15,981 bases of DNA from Gemmatimonadota bacterium (GTDB lineage Bacteria; Gemmatimonadota; Gemmatimonadetes; Gemmatimonadales; GWC2-71-9): NCBI GenBank assembly GCA_003221005.1, contig QHTZ01000025.1, positions 1 to 15,981 on the forward strand. Reading direction: 5' to 3'. Position numbers and translations under genes: made by a program. Numbering within the stretch: position 1 is the first letter of the stretch; every line of letters begins with the position of its first letter. Below the pieces are notes generated by a model, which saw nothing but the letters and a program-made list of their open reading frames with translations, was not told where the DNA came from and did no database searches. Shown here piece by piece: positions 8,488 to 15,981 of this stretch.

Positions 8488-9663
8488 TCAGCGTGTGGCC
8501 CAATCGTAGATGCGGCCCAGCATGGCACGCGTTGCTGCGTCCGGAGTTACGTCCCGGCGTGGCAGCACGCGCTCGGCGGTGCGGAGAAAGCCCTCCCGGC
8601 TCATCCGGGCGTCGTCCGAGCCGCCCCACGCGAACGGGGGCACGTACTTGGGCGGCCGCACCGCGCCGAACACGCTCGCGCCCGTGCCGATCACCGTCGC
8701 GGTGCCGAGCAGCGTCCCGATCGCCGTCTTGGCATGGTCGCCGATGAGGCTGCCCAGATTCAGGAGACCGGTTTCGATGGCCGTGGACCCGACCTCGAGG
8801 CGGGCGGGGCCGTACGTGTTCTTCAGGTTGGACGTGATCGTGCCCGCGCCGAGATTCGCCCAGCGTCCCACGACGGAGTGACCGACGAAGCCGTCGTGGG
8901 CCTTGTTCGCGAAACCCAGGAACACGCTGGTCACGAGCTCGCCCCGGATCACGCACCGGGGCCCGAGCGCCGAGCCGCGAATCGGCCCGCCCAGCACGCG
9001 TGTGCCGGCGCCGATCCAGAGCGGGCCCTCGAGTCGCGTGCCCGCCCGCACCTCCACCCCCGGCTCGAGCACCACCGGACCGGCGCGCGTGTCGAACACG
9101 ACGCCGGGCTCGACGGCCGCGTCCCGGAGCAGCACCGCCGCGGGATCGCCAATCACACTGCTGCCGCGCGGAATCGCGTCCGAATCTCCGCCTCCGAGCA
9201 GGGCCGCGAGGTCTTGGGCGAGCAGCTTCTCGAGCGTGCGGATCAGATCGAACACGCCGTGCAGGACCACGCCGCGCACCTCGATCGCCATCGCGCCGGG
9301 CTGCGGCGCATCCCACGTCGCGCCCGGTCCAATGCCCCAGCCGACGGTGACGCCTTCGCAAGTGAGCCGGAAGGCGCCGGTGGGGAGAGCCGGCGCCACG
9401 CCCTGGGGCGCGAAAGTAGAAGAGCCGATGATCGCCGGTCCGGTAACGGCGTGCCGCGCCGAGACCGGCGGCACTCCCGGCTCCACGAAGGCAGCGAGAT
9501 GGGGGAGCGCGAAGATTTCCTGCGCCGCGGTGCCGGCGAACCGCTCCCACCGCTCACGCACGAGATAAGCGCCAGCGCGGAGCTCCGAGAGCGGCCGCGC
9601 CCCGGTAAACGGCGCCCACGCCGGCGCCGGGTCCGGGTCCAGCAGATAAAGCGCGCGGGTCAC
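8488..9663 (-). CDS. GlmU-like protein: degenerate nucleotidyltransferase-like N-domain plus hexapeptide (LbH) acetyltransferase (~391 aa)
   Basis: GTG 9663 overlaps the upstream stop (GTGA). N-terminal PFTGARPLSELRAGA, FDTRAGPVV, NKAHDGFVGHSVVGRWANLGAGTITSNLKNTYG, GDHAKTAIGT. Confidence 0.85.
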   Translation of the reverse strand: MTRALYLLDPDPAPAWAPFTGARPLSELRAGAYLVRERWERFAGTAAQEIFALPHLAAFVEPGVPPVSARHAVTGPAIIGSSTFAPQGVAPALPTGAFRLTCEGVTVGWGIGPGATWDAPQPGAMAIEVRGVVLHGVFDLIRTLEKLLAQDLAALLGGGDSDAIPRGSSVIGDPAAVLLRDAAVEPGVVFDTRAGPVVLEPGVEVRAGTRLEGPLWIGAGTRVLGGPIRGSALGPRCVIRGELVTSVFLGFANKAHDGFVGHSVVGRWANLGAGTITSNLKNTYGPARLEVGSTAIETGLLNLGSLIGDHAKTAIGTLLGTATVIGTGASVFGAVRPPKYVPPFAWGGSDDARMSREGFLRTAERVLPRRDVTPDAATRAMLGRIYDWATR

Positions 9664-10670
9664 AGGTGCTGCACGAGCTGCTTCAACTGATCGGCGCGCC
9701 CGGTCGGCATCACCAGGGTGTGGCCGTTGGCGCGCACGACGATCATGTCCTCGACCCCGGCAACCGCGACGTGCTCGCTCTCGGCCCAGATCACGCAGCG
9801 CTTTACATCGTCCGCCACGGTGGCGTTCCCCACCACCACGTTGCCTCGCGCATCGGTCTTGCGAATGCGCAGCAGCGCATCCCAGGACCCGATGTCGTCC
9901 CACCGGAATGCTCCCGTGACGACCGCTAGGCGCTTGGTGCGCTCCAGCACGGCCACGTCCACGGCGGCCGGACGCACGCCGGCGAAGAAGCCGCTCGCGT
10001 CTCCTGCGGCGAGGGCGGGCCAGCCGCCCTTCAGCTCACGCGCGTAGGCGCCGGCCTCTCCCAGAAAGCGCGCGACCCCCCAGGCGAACAGCCCAGTGTT
10101 CCAGAGCGCGCCGCGCTGGCGCAGCAGAGCGGCGCGGGCCGCGCTCGGTTTCTCCACGAAGCGGCGCACCGTCCGCCCGGCGCCGAGCGGCTTGCCCGGG
10201 ACGATGTAGCCGTACCCCGTGTCGTTGCGCGTCGGCTTCACGCCGACGGTCACGAGAACGTCGTAGTCTTCGGCCACGCCCAGCGCGGTGCGGGCCGCGC
10301 TGCGGAAGGCCCGCTCGTCCCCCACGGCCCAGTCGGCGTGGAGCGACAGCATTTGGGCGCCTGGGTCCTGCCGCGCGATCCAGTGCGCCGCCCACGCGAG
10401 CGGGGGTGCGGTCGAGGCCGCCCGCGGCTCCGCGAAGACTTGCGCCCGCGGCACGCCCGGGACGAGCCCGGCGACCTGGTCCACCAAGAAGGGCCCGGTG
10501 AGGACCACGACCCGCTCCGGCGGCACGAGACCCTCGAGGCGATTCACCGTCTGGGTAAGGAGCGGGCCCTCCCCCGCGAGCGCGAGTAGCTGCTTGGGAC
10601 GCGCCGGTGTGGACAGGGGCCAGAAGCGCGTCCCGGACCCGCCGGCGAGGATCGCCGCCCAGACGCTCAC
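9660..10670 (-). CDS. manC: Mannose-1-phosphate guanylyltransferase, monofunctional (no PMI cupin domain) (~336 aa)
   Basis: GTG 10670. Motifs ILAGGSGTRFWPLS..RPKQ, EP..ASTAP, TGYGYI, FVEKP, WNTGLF, WDDIGSWDAL. Confidence 0.88.
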   Translation of the reverse strand: MSVWAAILAGGSGTRFWPLSTPARPKQLLALAGEGPLLTQTVNRLEGLVPPERVVVLTGPFLVDQVAGLVPGVPRAQVFAEPRAASTAPPLAWAAHWIARQDPGAQMLSLHADWAVGDERAFRSAARTALGVAEDYDVLVTVGVKPTRNDTGYGYIVPGKPLGAGRTVRRFVEKPSAARAALLRQRGALWNTGLFAWGVARFLGEAGAYARELKGGWPALAAGDASGFFAGVRPAAVDVAVLERTKRLAVVTGAFRWDDIGSWDALLRIRKTDARGNVVVGNATVADDVKRCVIWAESEHVAVAGVEDMIVVRANGHTLVMPTGRADQLKQLVQHL

Positions 10671-11071
10671 GGAGGAGAGGCGCCGTCCCGCGGCGCGTCG
10701 CCCAGCATCGCGGCGACGCGCGCGGTCAGCTTGGTCGGGCTGAAGGGCTTGGTGAGCAGTGTGGCGTCGAGGCTCTTGGCGGCAGCGAGCACGCCCTCGG
10801 CGCCTTCGGCGGTCAGCACTATGACAGGCAGGGCGCGGGTGGCCTGGCTGGAGCGCAGCTCGCGCAGCAAGTCGAGTCCGGACCCGTCGGGGAGGTGCAG
10901 ATCGAGCAGCAGGCCGTCGCACGGTGCGGTGAGGGCGGCGCGGGCCTCTGCCAAGTTGCGCGCGATGCTCACGCGGTAGCCGAGCTCCTCCAGGTGCGGG
11001 CGCAGCAACAGCCCGATGTGCGGCTCATCGTCGACGACGAGGAGGTGCCGCGGCACAGGCGGGGGCGCCAC
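10667..11071 (-). CDS. Single-domain response regulator receiver (CheY-like, 134 aa)
   Basis: LVVDDEP, LLLDLHLPDGSG (phospho-Asp), VIVLTA, TKPFS. No output domain. Confidence 0.92.
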   Translation of the reverse strand: MAPPPVPRHLLVVDDEPHIGLLLRPHLEELGYRVSIARNLAEARAALTAPCDGLLLDLHLPDGSGLDLLRELRSSQATRALPVIVLTAEGAEGVLAAAKSLDATLLTKPFSPTKLTARVAAMLGDAPRDGASPP

Positions 11072-11086
11072 GCGGTCAGCTCCGGA

Positions 11087-11440
11087 TCAGAGCAGGCCGG
11101 CGATCGCCGAGCGGTGGCGGCGGAGGTCGTACAGCAGCGCGCCCACGTTGGTGGACGGCTGCACCAGGACGACGAGCAGCGCATCGGCGTTCAGCACGGA
11201 GACCACCGCGAGCCCGCCGCCGAATTCGAGCACACCGGTGCCGAAATCGCCGCGGCCGCCCGCTTCGCCGAGCTGCGTCATGCCGTTGATCACCGAGGGG
11301 AGCAGGGCGGCGACGTTTTCGGCGTCCACGCCGTCCTTCGTGCGGGAATCGATGGGGAGCCCGTCCCGGCCGACCACGACGACGGCGTCGACGCCGGCGC
11401 GCCGGCTGAGCGCCTCGACCACGTCCCGGATCGTCGCCAT
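11087..11440 (-). CDS. Roadblock/LC7 domain protein (MglB/MglC-like, 117 aa)
   Basis: GVDAVVVVGRDGLPID, ENVAAL, VLEFGGG and NVGALLYDLRR fit the roadblock/LC7 pattern. Confidence 0.88.
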   Translation of the reverse strand: MATIRDVVEALSRRAGVDAVVVVGRDGLPIDSRTKDGVDAENVAALLPSVINGMTQLGEAGGRGDFGTGVLEFGGGLAVVSVLNADALLVVLVQPSTNVGALLYDLRRHRSAIAGLL

Positions 11441-11449
11441 ACGGCGGCC

Positions 11450-11478
11450 AAGCTAGGACGCGCGAAGGTCGAAGTCAA
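11450..11478 (-). promoter_or_regulatory. Sigma70-type promoter, TTGACT-N17-TAGCTT, for the roadblock operon
   Basis: Minus strand -35 at 11478-11473 and -10 at 11455-11450. ATG 11440 follows after 9 nt. No SD. Confidence 0.7.
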
Positions 11479-11492
11479 GCAGTGACCGCGGG

Positions 11493-11522
11493 TTGACCCG
11501 CTCCCGCCGGCGCTGATATTTT
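11493..11522 (+). promoter_or_regulatory. Sigma70-type promoter, TTGACC-N18-TATTTT with extended TG, for the lipoprotein-serS unit
   Basis: TTGACC 11493-11498 and TG-a-TATTTT 11514-11522. ATG 11531 follows after 8 nt. No SD. Confidence 0.65.
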
Positions 11523-11530
11523 CCCGCCGG

Positions 11531-12109
11531 ATGCGCTCCCGCCTCTGGTCTCTCGCGCTCGCTCTCGGCTTCACTGGCCTCACTCTGCTCGCGGCGTGCA
11601 ACACCTCGCCGCTGCCGCCCGCGGCCTTCGTGAACGTCATCGACACGGTGACGTTGTACGCGCTCGACGGCACGCCGCTCGGCACGCCGTCGGCCTACAG
11701 CATGAACGGACGCCGTCTGGTCCGCACCGAAACCTCGATCGTGTTCGATTTCGCCTTCAACTTCGACTCGCTGGGCCGGCCCGTGTTCCTGCCCAGCGGC
11801 GCGATCCGCTTAGGCACCGGCAACGCCAACACGGACCCTGGCTTTCAGTCGTCGTCGGCGACGTTCGCCAACGTCACCATCGCACCCACCGATGGCTACG
11901 AGGCCGACAAACCGTTCCTCGCGGTAGTGGGGAACGTGACGGTGGCGCGCTCGCGCGTGCAGACGTGCGCGGACGGCAACACCCTACCGCTCTACGCGAA
12001 GTTGCAAGTCCTCGCGGTCGATGTCACGGCGCGCACGATCCAGTTCCAGATCCTGGTCAACCAGAATTGCGCGTACCTCGGGCTCGCTCCCGGAATCCCC
12101 GACCGCTAG
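11531..12109 (+). CDS. Lipoprotein (192 aa), possibly HmuY-like fold
   Basis: Signal peptide with lipobox LAAC. Beta-rich body with FDFAF, FANVTIAPTDGY and YAKLQV. Confidence 0.8.
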   Translation: MRSRLWSLALALGFTGLTLLAACNTSPLPPAAFVNVIDTVTLYALDGTPLGTPSAYSMNGRRLVRTETSIVFDFAFNFDSLGRPVFLPSGAIRLGTGNANTDPGFQSSSATFANVTIAPTDGYEADKPFLAVVGNVTVARSRVQTCADGNTLPLYAKLQVLAVDVTARTIQFQILVNQNCAYLGLAPGIPDR

Positions 12110-12113
12110 CCGC

Positions 12114-13400
12114 GTGATCGACGTCCGGCGGCTGCACTCCGCGCCCGGCGAGGTGCGGGCGGCGCTCGCCCGGCGCGGAGATCCGACCCTCCCGAAGCTA
12201 CTGGACGAGCTCGAGGCGCTGGACATGCGGCGCCGCGCGTTAGCTGGCCAGCTCGACCAGCTCAATGCCCAGCGCAACGAGGCGGCGCGCGCCGACGGCC
12301 GCGTCATCAAGGACAAGGGCGCGTTGCCGCCGGCAGTGGTGGAGCAGCGGCGGCAACTCGGCGCCCGGATCAGCGCGCTCGAGGCCGAGCTGCGCGAGGT
12401 CGAGGCCGGCGTCGACGAGAAGGCCCTGTTCGTGCCCAACCTCCCGCTGCCCGAGCTTCCCGACGGTGACGCGGCATGTAACGTCGTCGTCCGCGCCTGG
12501 GGCGAGCCCGCTCCCGCGGGGGGCGTGCCGCACTGGGAGATCGGCGAGCGGTTCGGCATCTTCACGTCGGCCCGCAGCGCGAAGCTCGCCGGGTCGGGCT
12601 TCCCGCTGTTCGTGGGTCAAGGCGCGAGGCTGGTGCGCGCCCTCATCGCCTTCATGCTCGAGCTGCACACCCGCGAGCACGGCTACGTCGAGGTGGAGCC
12701 GCCCTTCGTGGTGCGGCGCGACATCATGCAGGGCACCGGCCAGCTCCCCAAGCTCGAAGCAGACATGTACCGCACCGAGCAGGACGACCTGTTTCTCATT
12801 CCGACGGCCGAGGTTCCGCTGACGAACCTGCACCGTGACGAAATCGTCGACGGCGCGGCGCTGCCGCTCGCCTACACGGCTGCCACGCCTTGCTTCCGTC
12901 GCGAAGCGGGGGCCGCGGGGAAGGATACGCGCGGGCTGCTGCGCGTGCACCAGTTTGACAAGGTGGAGCTCGTGCGGTTCTGCCGTGCCGCTGACTCGCC
13001 CGCCGAGCACGAGAAGCTCACCGGGCACGCCGAGGCGGTGCTCCAGCGGCTGGAACTGCCGTACCGGGTGGTTCTGCTCGCCGCCGGCGACCTCGGGTTC
13101 GCCAGCGCCAAGACCTACGACCTCGAGGTGTGGGCGCCCGGGGTGGGCCAGTGGCTCGAGGCGTCGAGCTCGAGCACCTTCACCGACTTCCAGGCGCGGC
13201 GCGCCAGCATCCGGTGCCGCCCACGCCCCGGCGACAAGCCTGAGTTTGTGCACACGCTGAACGCGTCCGGGGTGGCGCTCCCGCGCACCATCGCGGCGCT
13301 GTTGGAAAGCCGCCAGCAGCCCGACGGCTCCGTGACGATTCCCCGGGCGCTCGTCCCACATCTGGGAACCGACCGCCTGGTTCCCGCCGGTGGCGCGTAA
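12114..13400 (+). CDS. serS: Seryl-tRNA synthetase (~428 aa)
   Basis: GTG 12114 (MIDVRRL). N-terminal coiled coil, LIPTAEVPL, FRREAGAAGKDTRGLLRVHQFDKVEL, TYDLEVW, DFQARR, HTLNASGVALPR. Confidence 0.97.
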   Translation: MIDVRRLHSAPGEVRAALARRGDPTLPKLLDELEALDMRRRALAGQLDQLNAQRNEAARADGRVIKDKGALPPAVVEQRRQLGARISALEAELREVEAGVDEKALFVPNLPLPELPDGDAACNVVVRAWGEPAPAGGVPHWEIGERFGIFTSARSAKLAGSGFPLFVGQGARLVRALIAFMLELHTREHGYVEVEPPFVVRRDIMQGTGQLPKLEADMYRTEQDDLFLIPTAEVPLTNLHRDEIVDGAALPLAYTAATPCFRREAGAAGKDTRGLLRVHQFDKVELVRFCRAADSPAEHEKLTGHAEAVLQRLELPYRVVLLAAGDLGFASAKTYDLEVWAPGVGQWLEASSSSTFTDFQARRASIRCRPRPGDKPEFVHTLNASGVALPRTIAALLESRQQPDGSVTIPRALVPHLGTDRLVPAGGA

Positions 13401-14562
13401 CGTCGTACGGCGCTGGGCCGGTCCCCCCGCCGTCGCGGGTCTCGCGCTGCTCCTGGGCGCGCTCTCGGCGGGCTACACCTGGATCATGGTGCGACACCTA
13501 AGAGAGGACGCGCGCGAGACCAGCCGCCTGCTGGGGCGGGTGTTCGTGGGGCTCAACGACCCCCGGCCCGACGCGGGCACCGACGCCCTGCTCGAGCTCG
13601 CCACCCAGGTGCGCACGCTGGGCATCCCCATCGCCGTTACCGACACGTCGGGCCGGGTCACGGCCATGGACAACGCGCCGCCGGGATTGGGCCGCGGCGC
13701 TGACAGCCTGCGCCTGCGGCAGTGGATCGGGCAGCTCGACGCCGTCAACGACCCGATCGTCCAGCCCGGCGTCGGCACCATCCACTATGGGGCGCTCCCG
13801 GAAGCGCGGCGCTTCATTCTCCTCGCGGCGCTCCAGGGCGTCGTGTTCGTCTGTCTCGTCGCCATCGCCGTCTGGGCTTACCGGGCCCAGGTGGAGGCGC
13901 TGCGGGACCGGGTCTGGGTCGCGATGGCGCGAGAGGCGGCGCATCAGCTCGGCACCCCGCTCATGAGCCTCACGGGATGGATCGGCTACCTGCGGGAGAA
14001 TCCCGATACACCTGGCCGCGACCTGATGACTCATCTTGAGGCGGACGCGGAACGACTCGAGCGAGTGGCGAAGCGCTTCGAGCGCATCGGCCTGCCGTCC
14101 CGGACGGAGCCTGTGGCGCTGGGGGCCGCGGCGGAGCGGGTCGTCGGCTACTTTCGCCCGCGGCTCCCCACCCTGGCGAATCCGGTCGCGCTGCAGCTTG
14201 CAGCGGCGGGGCGGGGGCCGATGACGCGCGGCGACCCCGTCCTGGTCGAGTGGGCGCTCGAGGCGTTGATCAAGAACGCCCTCGACGCCCTGAGCGGGCG
14301 CGGCGGACGGATCGAAGTCCGCGTCGAGTCCGTGGGCCAGGTGGCCCGCGTCAGCGTGAAGGACGACGGACCCGGCGTGCCTCCGGACGTGCGGGCGCGC
14401 CTGTTCCAGCCCGGCGTGTCCACCAAACCGGGAGGGTGGGGGCTGGGCCTCGCGCTCACGCGCCGCATCGTCGAGCAGCAGCACGGTGGACGGGTCCTCT
14501 ATCGTCCGGGCCCCGTCGGGAGCGAGTTCGTGATCGAATTTCCCCTGGTGGCCGCGTCGTGA
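13390..14562 (+). CDS. Membrane sensor histidine kinase (390 aa)
   Basis: Two TM helices. H-box MAREAAHQLGTPL, N-box IKNALDAL, DDGPG, FQPGVSTK, GWGLGL. Overlaps the serS end by 11 nt. Confidence 0.93.
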   Translation: MARNVVRRWAGPPAVAGLALLLGALSAGYTWIMVRHLREDARETSRLLGRVFVGLNDPRPDAGTDALLELATQVRTLGIPIAVTDTSGRVTAMDNAPPGLGRGADSLRLRQWIGQLDAVNDPIVQPGVGTIHYGALPEARRFILLAALQGVVFVCLVAIAVWAYRAQVEALRDRVWVAMAREAAHQLGTPLMSLTGWIGYLRENPDTPGRDLMTHLEADAERLERVAKRFERIGLPSRTEPVALGAAAERVVGYFRPRLPTLANPVALQLAAAGRGPMTRGDPVLVEWALEALIKNALDALSGRGGRIEVRVESVGQVARVSVKDDGPGVPPDVRARLFQPGVSTKPGGWGLGLALTRRIVEQQHGGRVLYRPGPVGSEFVIEFPLVAAS

Positions 14563-14580
14563 GAGCTCGGGGACCCTAAC

Positions 14581-15981
14581 GTGAGCCTGGCGCTCAATCC
14601 CGCCCAGGAGGCAGCGGTGCGCCATGCCGGCGGGCCGCTGCTCGTGCTTGCCGGGGCCGGGTCGGGAAAGACGCGTGTCCTCACCGCGCGGATCGCCCAC
14701 CTCATTCACGAGCGCGGTGTGCCTCCCGAGCGCGTGTTCGCGGTCACGTTCACCAACAAGGCGGCGGGCGAGATGCGCTCGCGCATCGCCGGGCTGCTGG
14801 GCGCGGACCCCCGGGGCCTCTGGATCGGCACCTTTCACGCCCTCGCCGCCCGGCTGCTGCGGCGCGAAGCCGCGCGGCTCGGCTTCGGTTCCAACTTCAC
14901 GATCTACGATTCAGACGACTCGGAGTCCTTCATCAAGCGGTTGCTCGACCAGCGCGGACTCTCCCCCAAGGCCAATCCACCCCGCGCCATCCACGCCATC
15001 ATCTCGGGCGCCAAGAACCGCATGGTCTCACCGGAGGAGTTCGCCACGACCGCCGACGGGCCGCTGGCGCGCGCCGCGGCCGAGGTGTACGCCCTGCTCG
15101 GGCCCGCCCTGCAGCAGGCCAATGCCATGGACTTCGACGATCTGCTGTTGCATCCCCTGACGCTGTTCGCCCGCTTTCCCGACCGCCTGGCGTACTGGCA
15201 GCGGCGCTTCGAGCACGTGCTGGTGGACGAGTTTCAGGACACGAACGCTGCGCAGTATCGCATGGTGAAGCTGTTGGCGGCGGAGCATAGGAACCTCTGC
15301 GTCGTGGGGGACGACGACCAGGCGATCTACGGCTGGCGCGGCGCCGACGTGCGACACATGCTCACGTTCCAGCAGGATTTCCCTGGGACCACGCTCGTCA
15401 AGCTCGAGCAGAACTACCGCTCGACCCAGGTGATTCTGGACGCCGCAAACGGGGTCATCGCGGAAAACGCAGAGCGGCTGGGCAAGACGCTGTTCACGGC
15501 GCGCCAGGGGGGCGACCCCGTGATCCTGCTGACTGCGGCGGACGAGCGGGACGAAGCGCAGTGGCTCGCCGCGGAGCTGGCGCGGGTCGCGGCGGAGACC
15601 GACATCCCGTACGAGGGGATGGCGGTGCTGTACCGCACAAACGCCCAGTCGCGCCCGCTGGAAGAGGCGTTCCGTCACCGCGGCGTGCCCTACCGCCTCG
15701 TCGGGGCGGTGAGCTTCTACGAGCGGCGCGAGGTAAAGGACCTGCTTGCGTACCTGCGGCTCATCGTGAACCCGGCGGATGACGAGGCGTTCTTGCGGGT
15801 GGTCAACGTCCCCCGGCGCGGTCTCGGCGAGGCGTCGCTCGAGGTGCTGGTCCGCACCGCGGCCCACTGGCGCATGCCGTTATGCGAGGCGGCGCGCGTG
15901 GCCGATCGCATCCCCGAGCTGCGCCCCAATCTGCGGGAGACGCTCCAGGGCGTCGCGGGGTTGCTGGCGCGGTTACGCGAC
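14581..15981 (+). CDS. uvrD: UvrD/PcrA superfamily 1 DNA helicase (3'-truncated by window edge; absent from ORF track)
   Basis: Translated by hand from GTG 14581: LNPAQ, LAGAGSGKT, TFTNKAA, VDEFQDTN, VGDDDQAIYGWRGA, LEQNYRST, LYRTNAQSR, FYERREVKD. No stop seen before the window end. Confidence 0.95.
   Translation, partial: MSLALNPAQEAAVRHAGGPLLVLAGAGSGKTRVLTARIAHLIHERGVPPERVFAVTFTNKAAGEMRSRIAGLLGADPRGLWIGTFHALAARLLRREAARLGFGSNFTIYDSDDSESFIKRLLDQRGLSPKANPPRAIHAIISGAKNRMVSPEEFATTADGPLARAAAEVYALLGPALQQANAMDFDDLLLHPLTLFARFPDRLAYWQRRFEHVLVDEFQDTNAAQYRMVKLLAAEHRNLCVVGDDDQAIYGWRGADVRHMLTFQQDFPGTTLVKLEQNYRSTQVILDAANGVIAENAERLGKTLFTARQGGDPVILLTAADERDEAQWLAAELARVAAETDIPYEGMAVLYRTNAQSRPLEEAFRHRGVPYRLVGAVSFYERREVKDLLAYLRLIVNPADDEAFLRVVNVPRRGLGEASLEVLVRTAAHWRMPLCEAARVADRIPELRPNLRETLQGVAGLLARLRD

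Noticed and set aside
8008-9690. 560-aa plus-strand ORF, and similar long shadow ORFs (296-1264, 2310-3683, 4062-5156, 12240-13361, 13498-14838)
   Set aside because: They lie antisense to well-supported genes, are Arg/Ala/Gly-rich with no motifs, and are expected from high GC3 and stop-codon scarcity.
13158-13200. SerRS segment EASSSSTFTDFQARR lacking the usual Cys/Asn (SSCSN)
   Set aside because: All other catalytic motifs are intact, so this is most simply lineage-level variation, with no evidence of a specialised paralog.
14581-15981. UvrD helicase plus kinases read as an anti-phage defence system
   Set aside because: The motifs are those of canonical housekeeping UvrD/PcrA. The context is core genes with uniform composition and no nuclease or mobile-element genes.

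Overview
High-GC bacterial chromosomal window, densely coding and mostly housekeeping or envelope genes. Gene style suggests Gemmatimonadota (inference only). On the + strand: partial type III pantothenate kinase (coaX), a UbiA-family prenyltransferase, two unknown membrane proteins, an outer-membrane beta-barrel fused to an NlpC/P60 peptidase, a putative lipoprotein, then groES-groEL with a sigma70-like promoter, a perfect CIRCE element and an intrinsic terminator, and a small exported protein. On the - strand: roadblock/LC7 (MglB-like) protein, stand-alone receiver, mannose-1-phosphate guanylyltransferase, GlmU-like protein and a membrane Ser/Thr kinase. Then on the + strand: an HmuY-like lipoprotein, serS, a sensor histidine kinase and a partial UvrD/PcrA helicase. 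I saw no RNA genes, CRISPR array or mobile element. Most notable are the barrel-NlpC/P60 fusion, the signalling plus sugar-nucleotide gene run, a mirror-image ACGT repeat hairpin at about 3548-3636, and repeated signatures of leaderless promoters.
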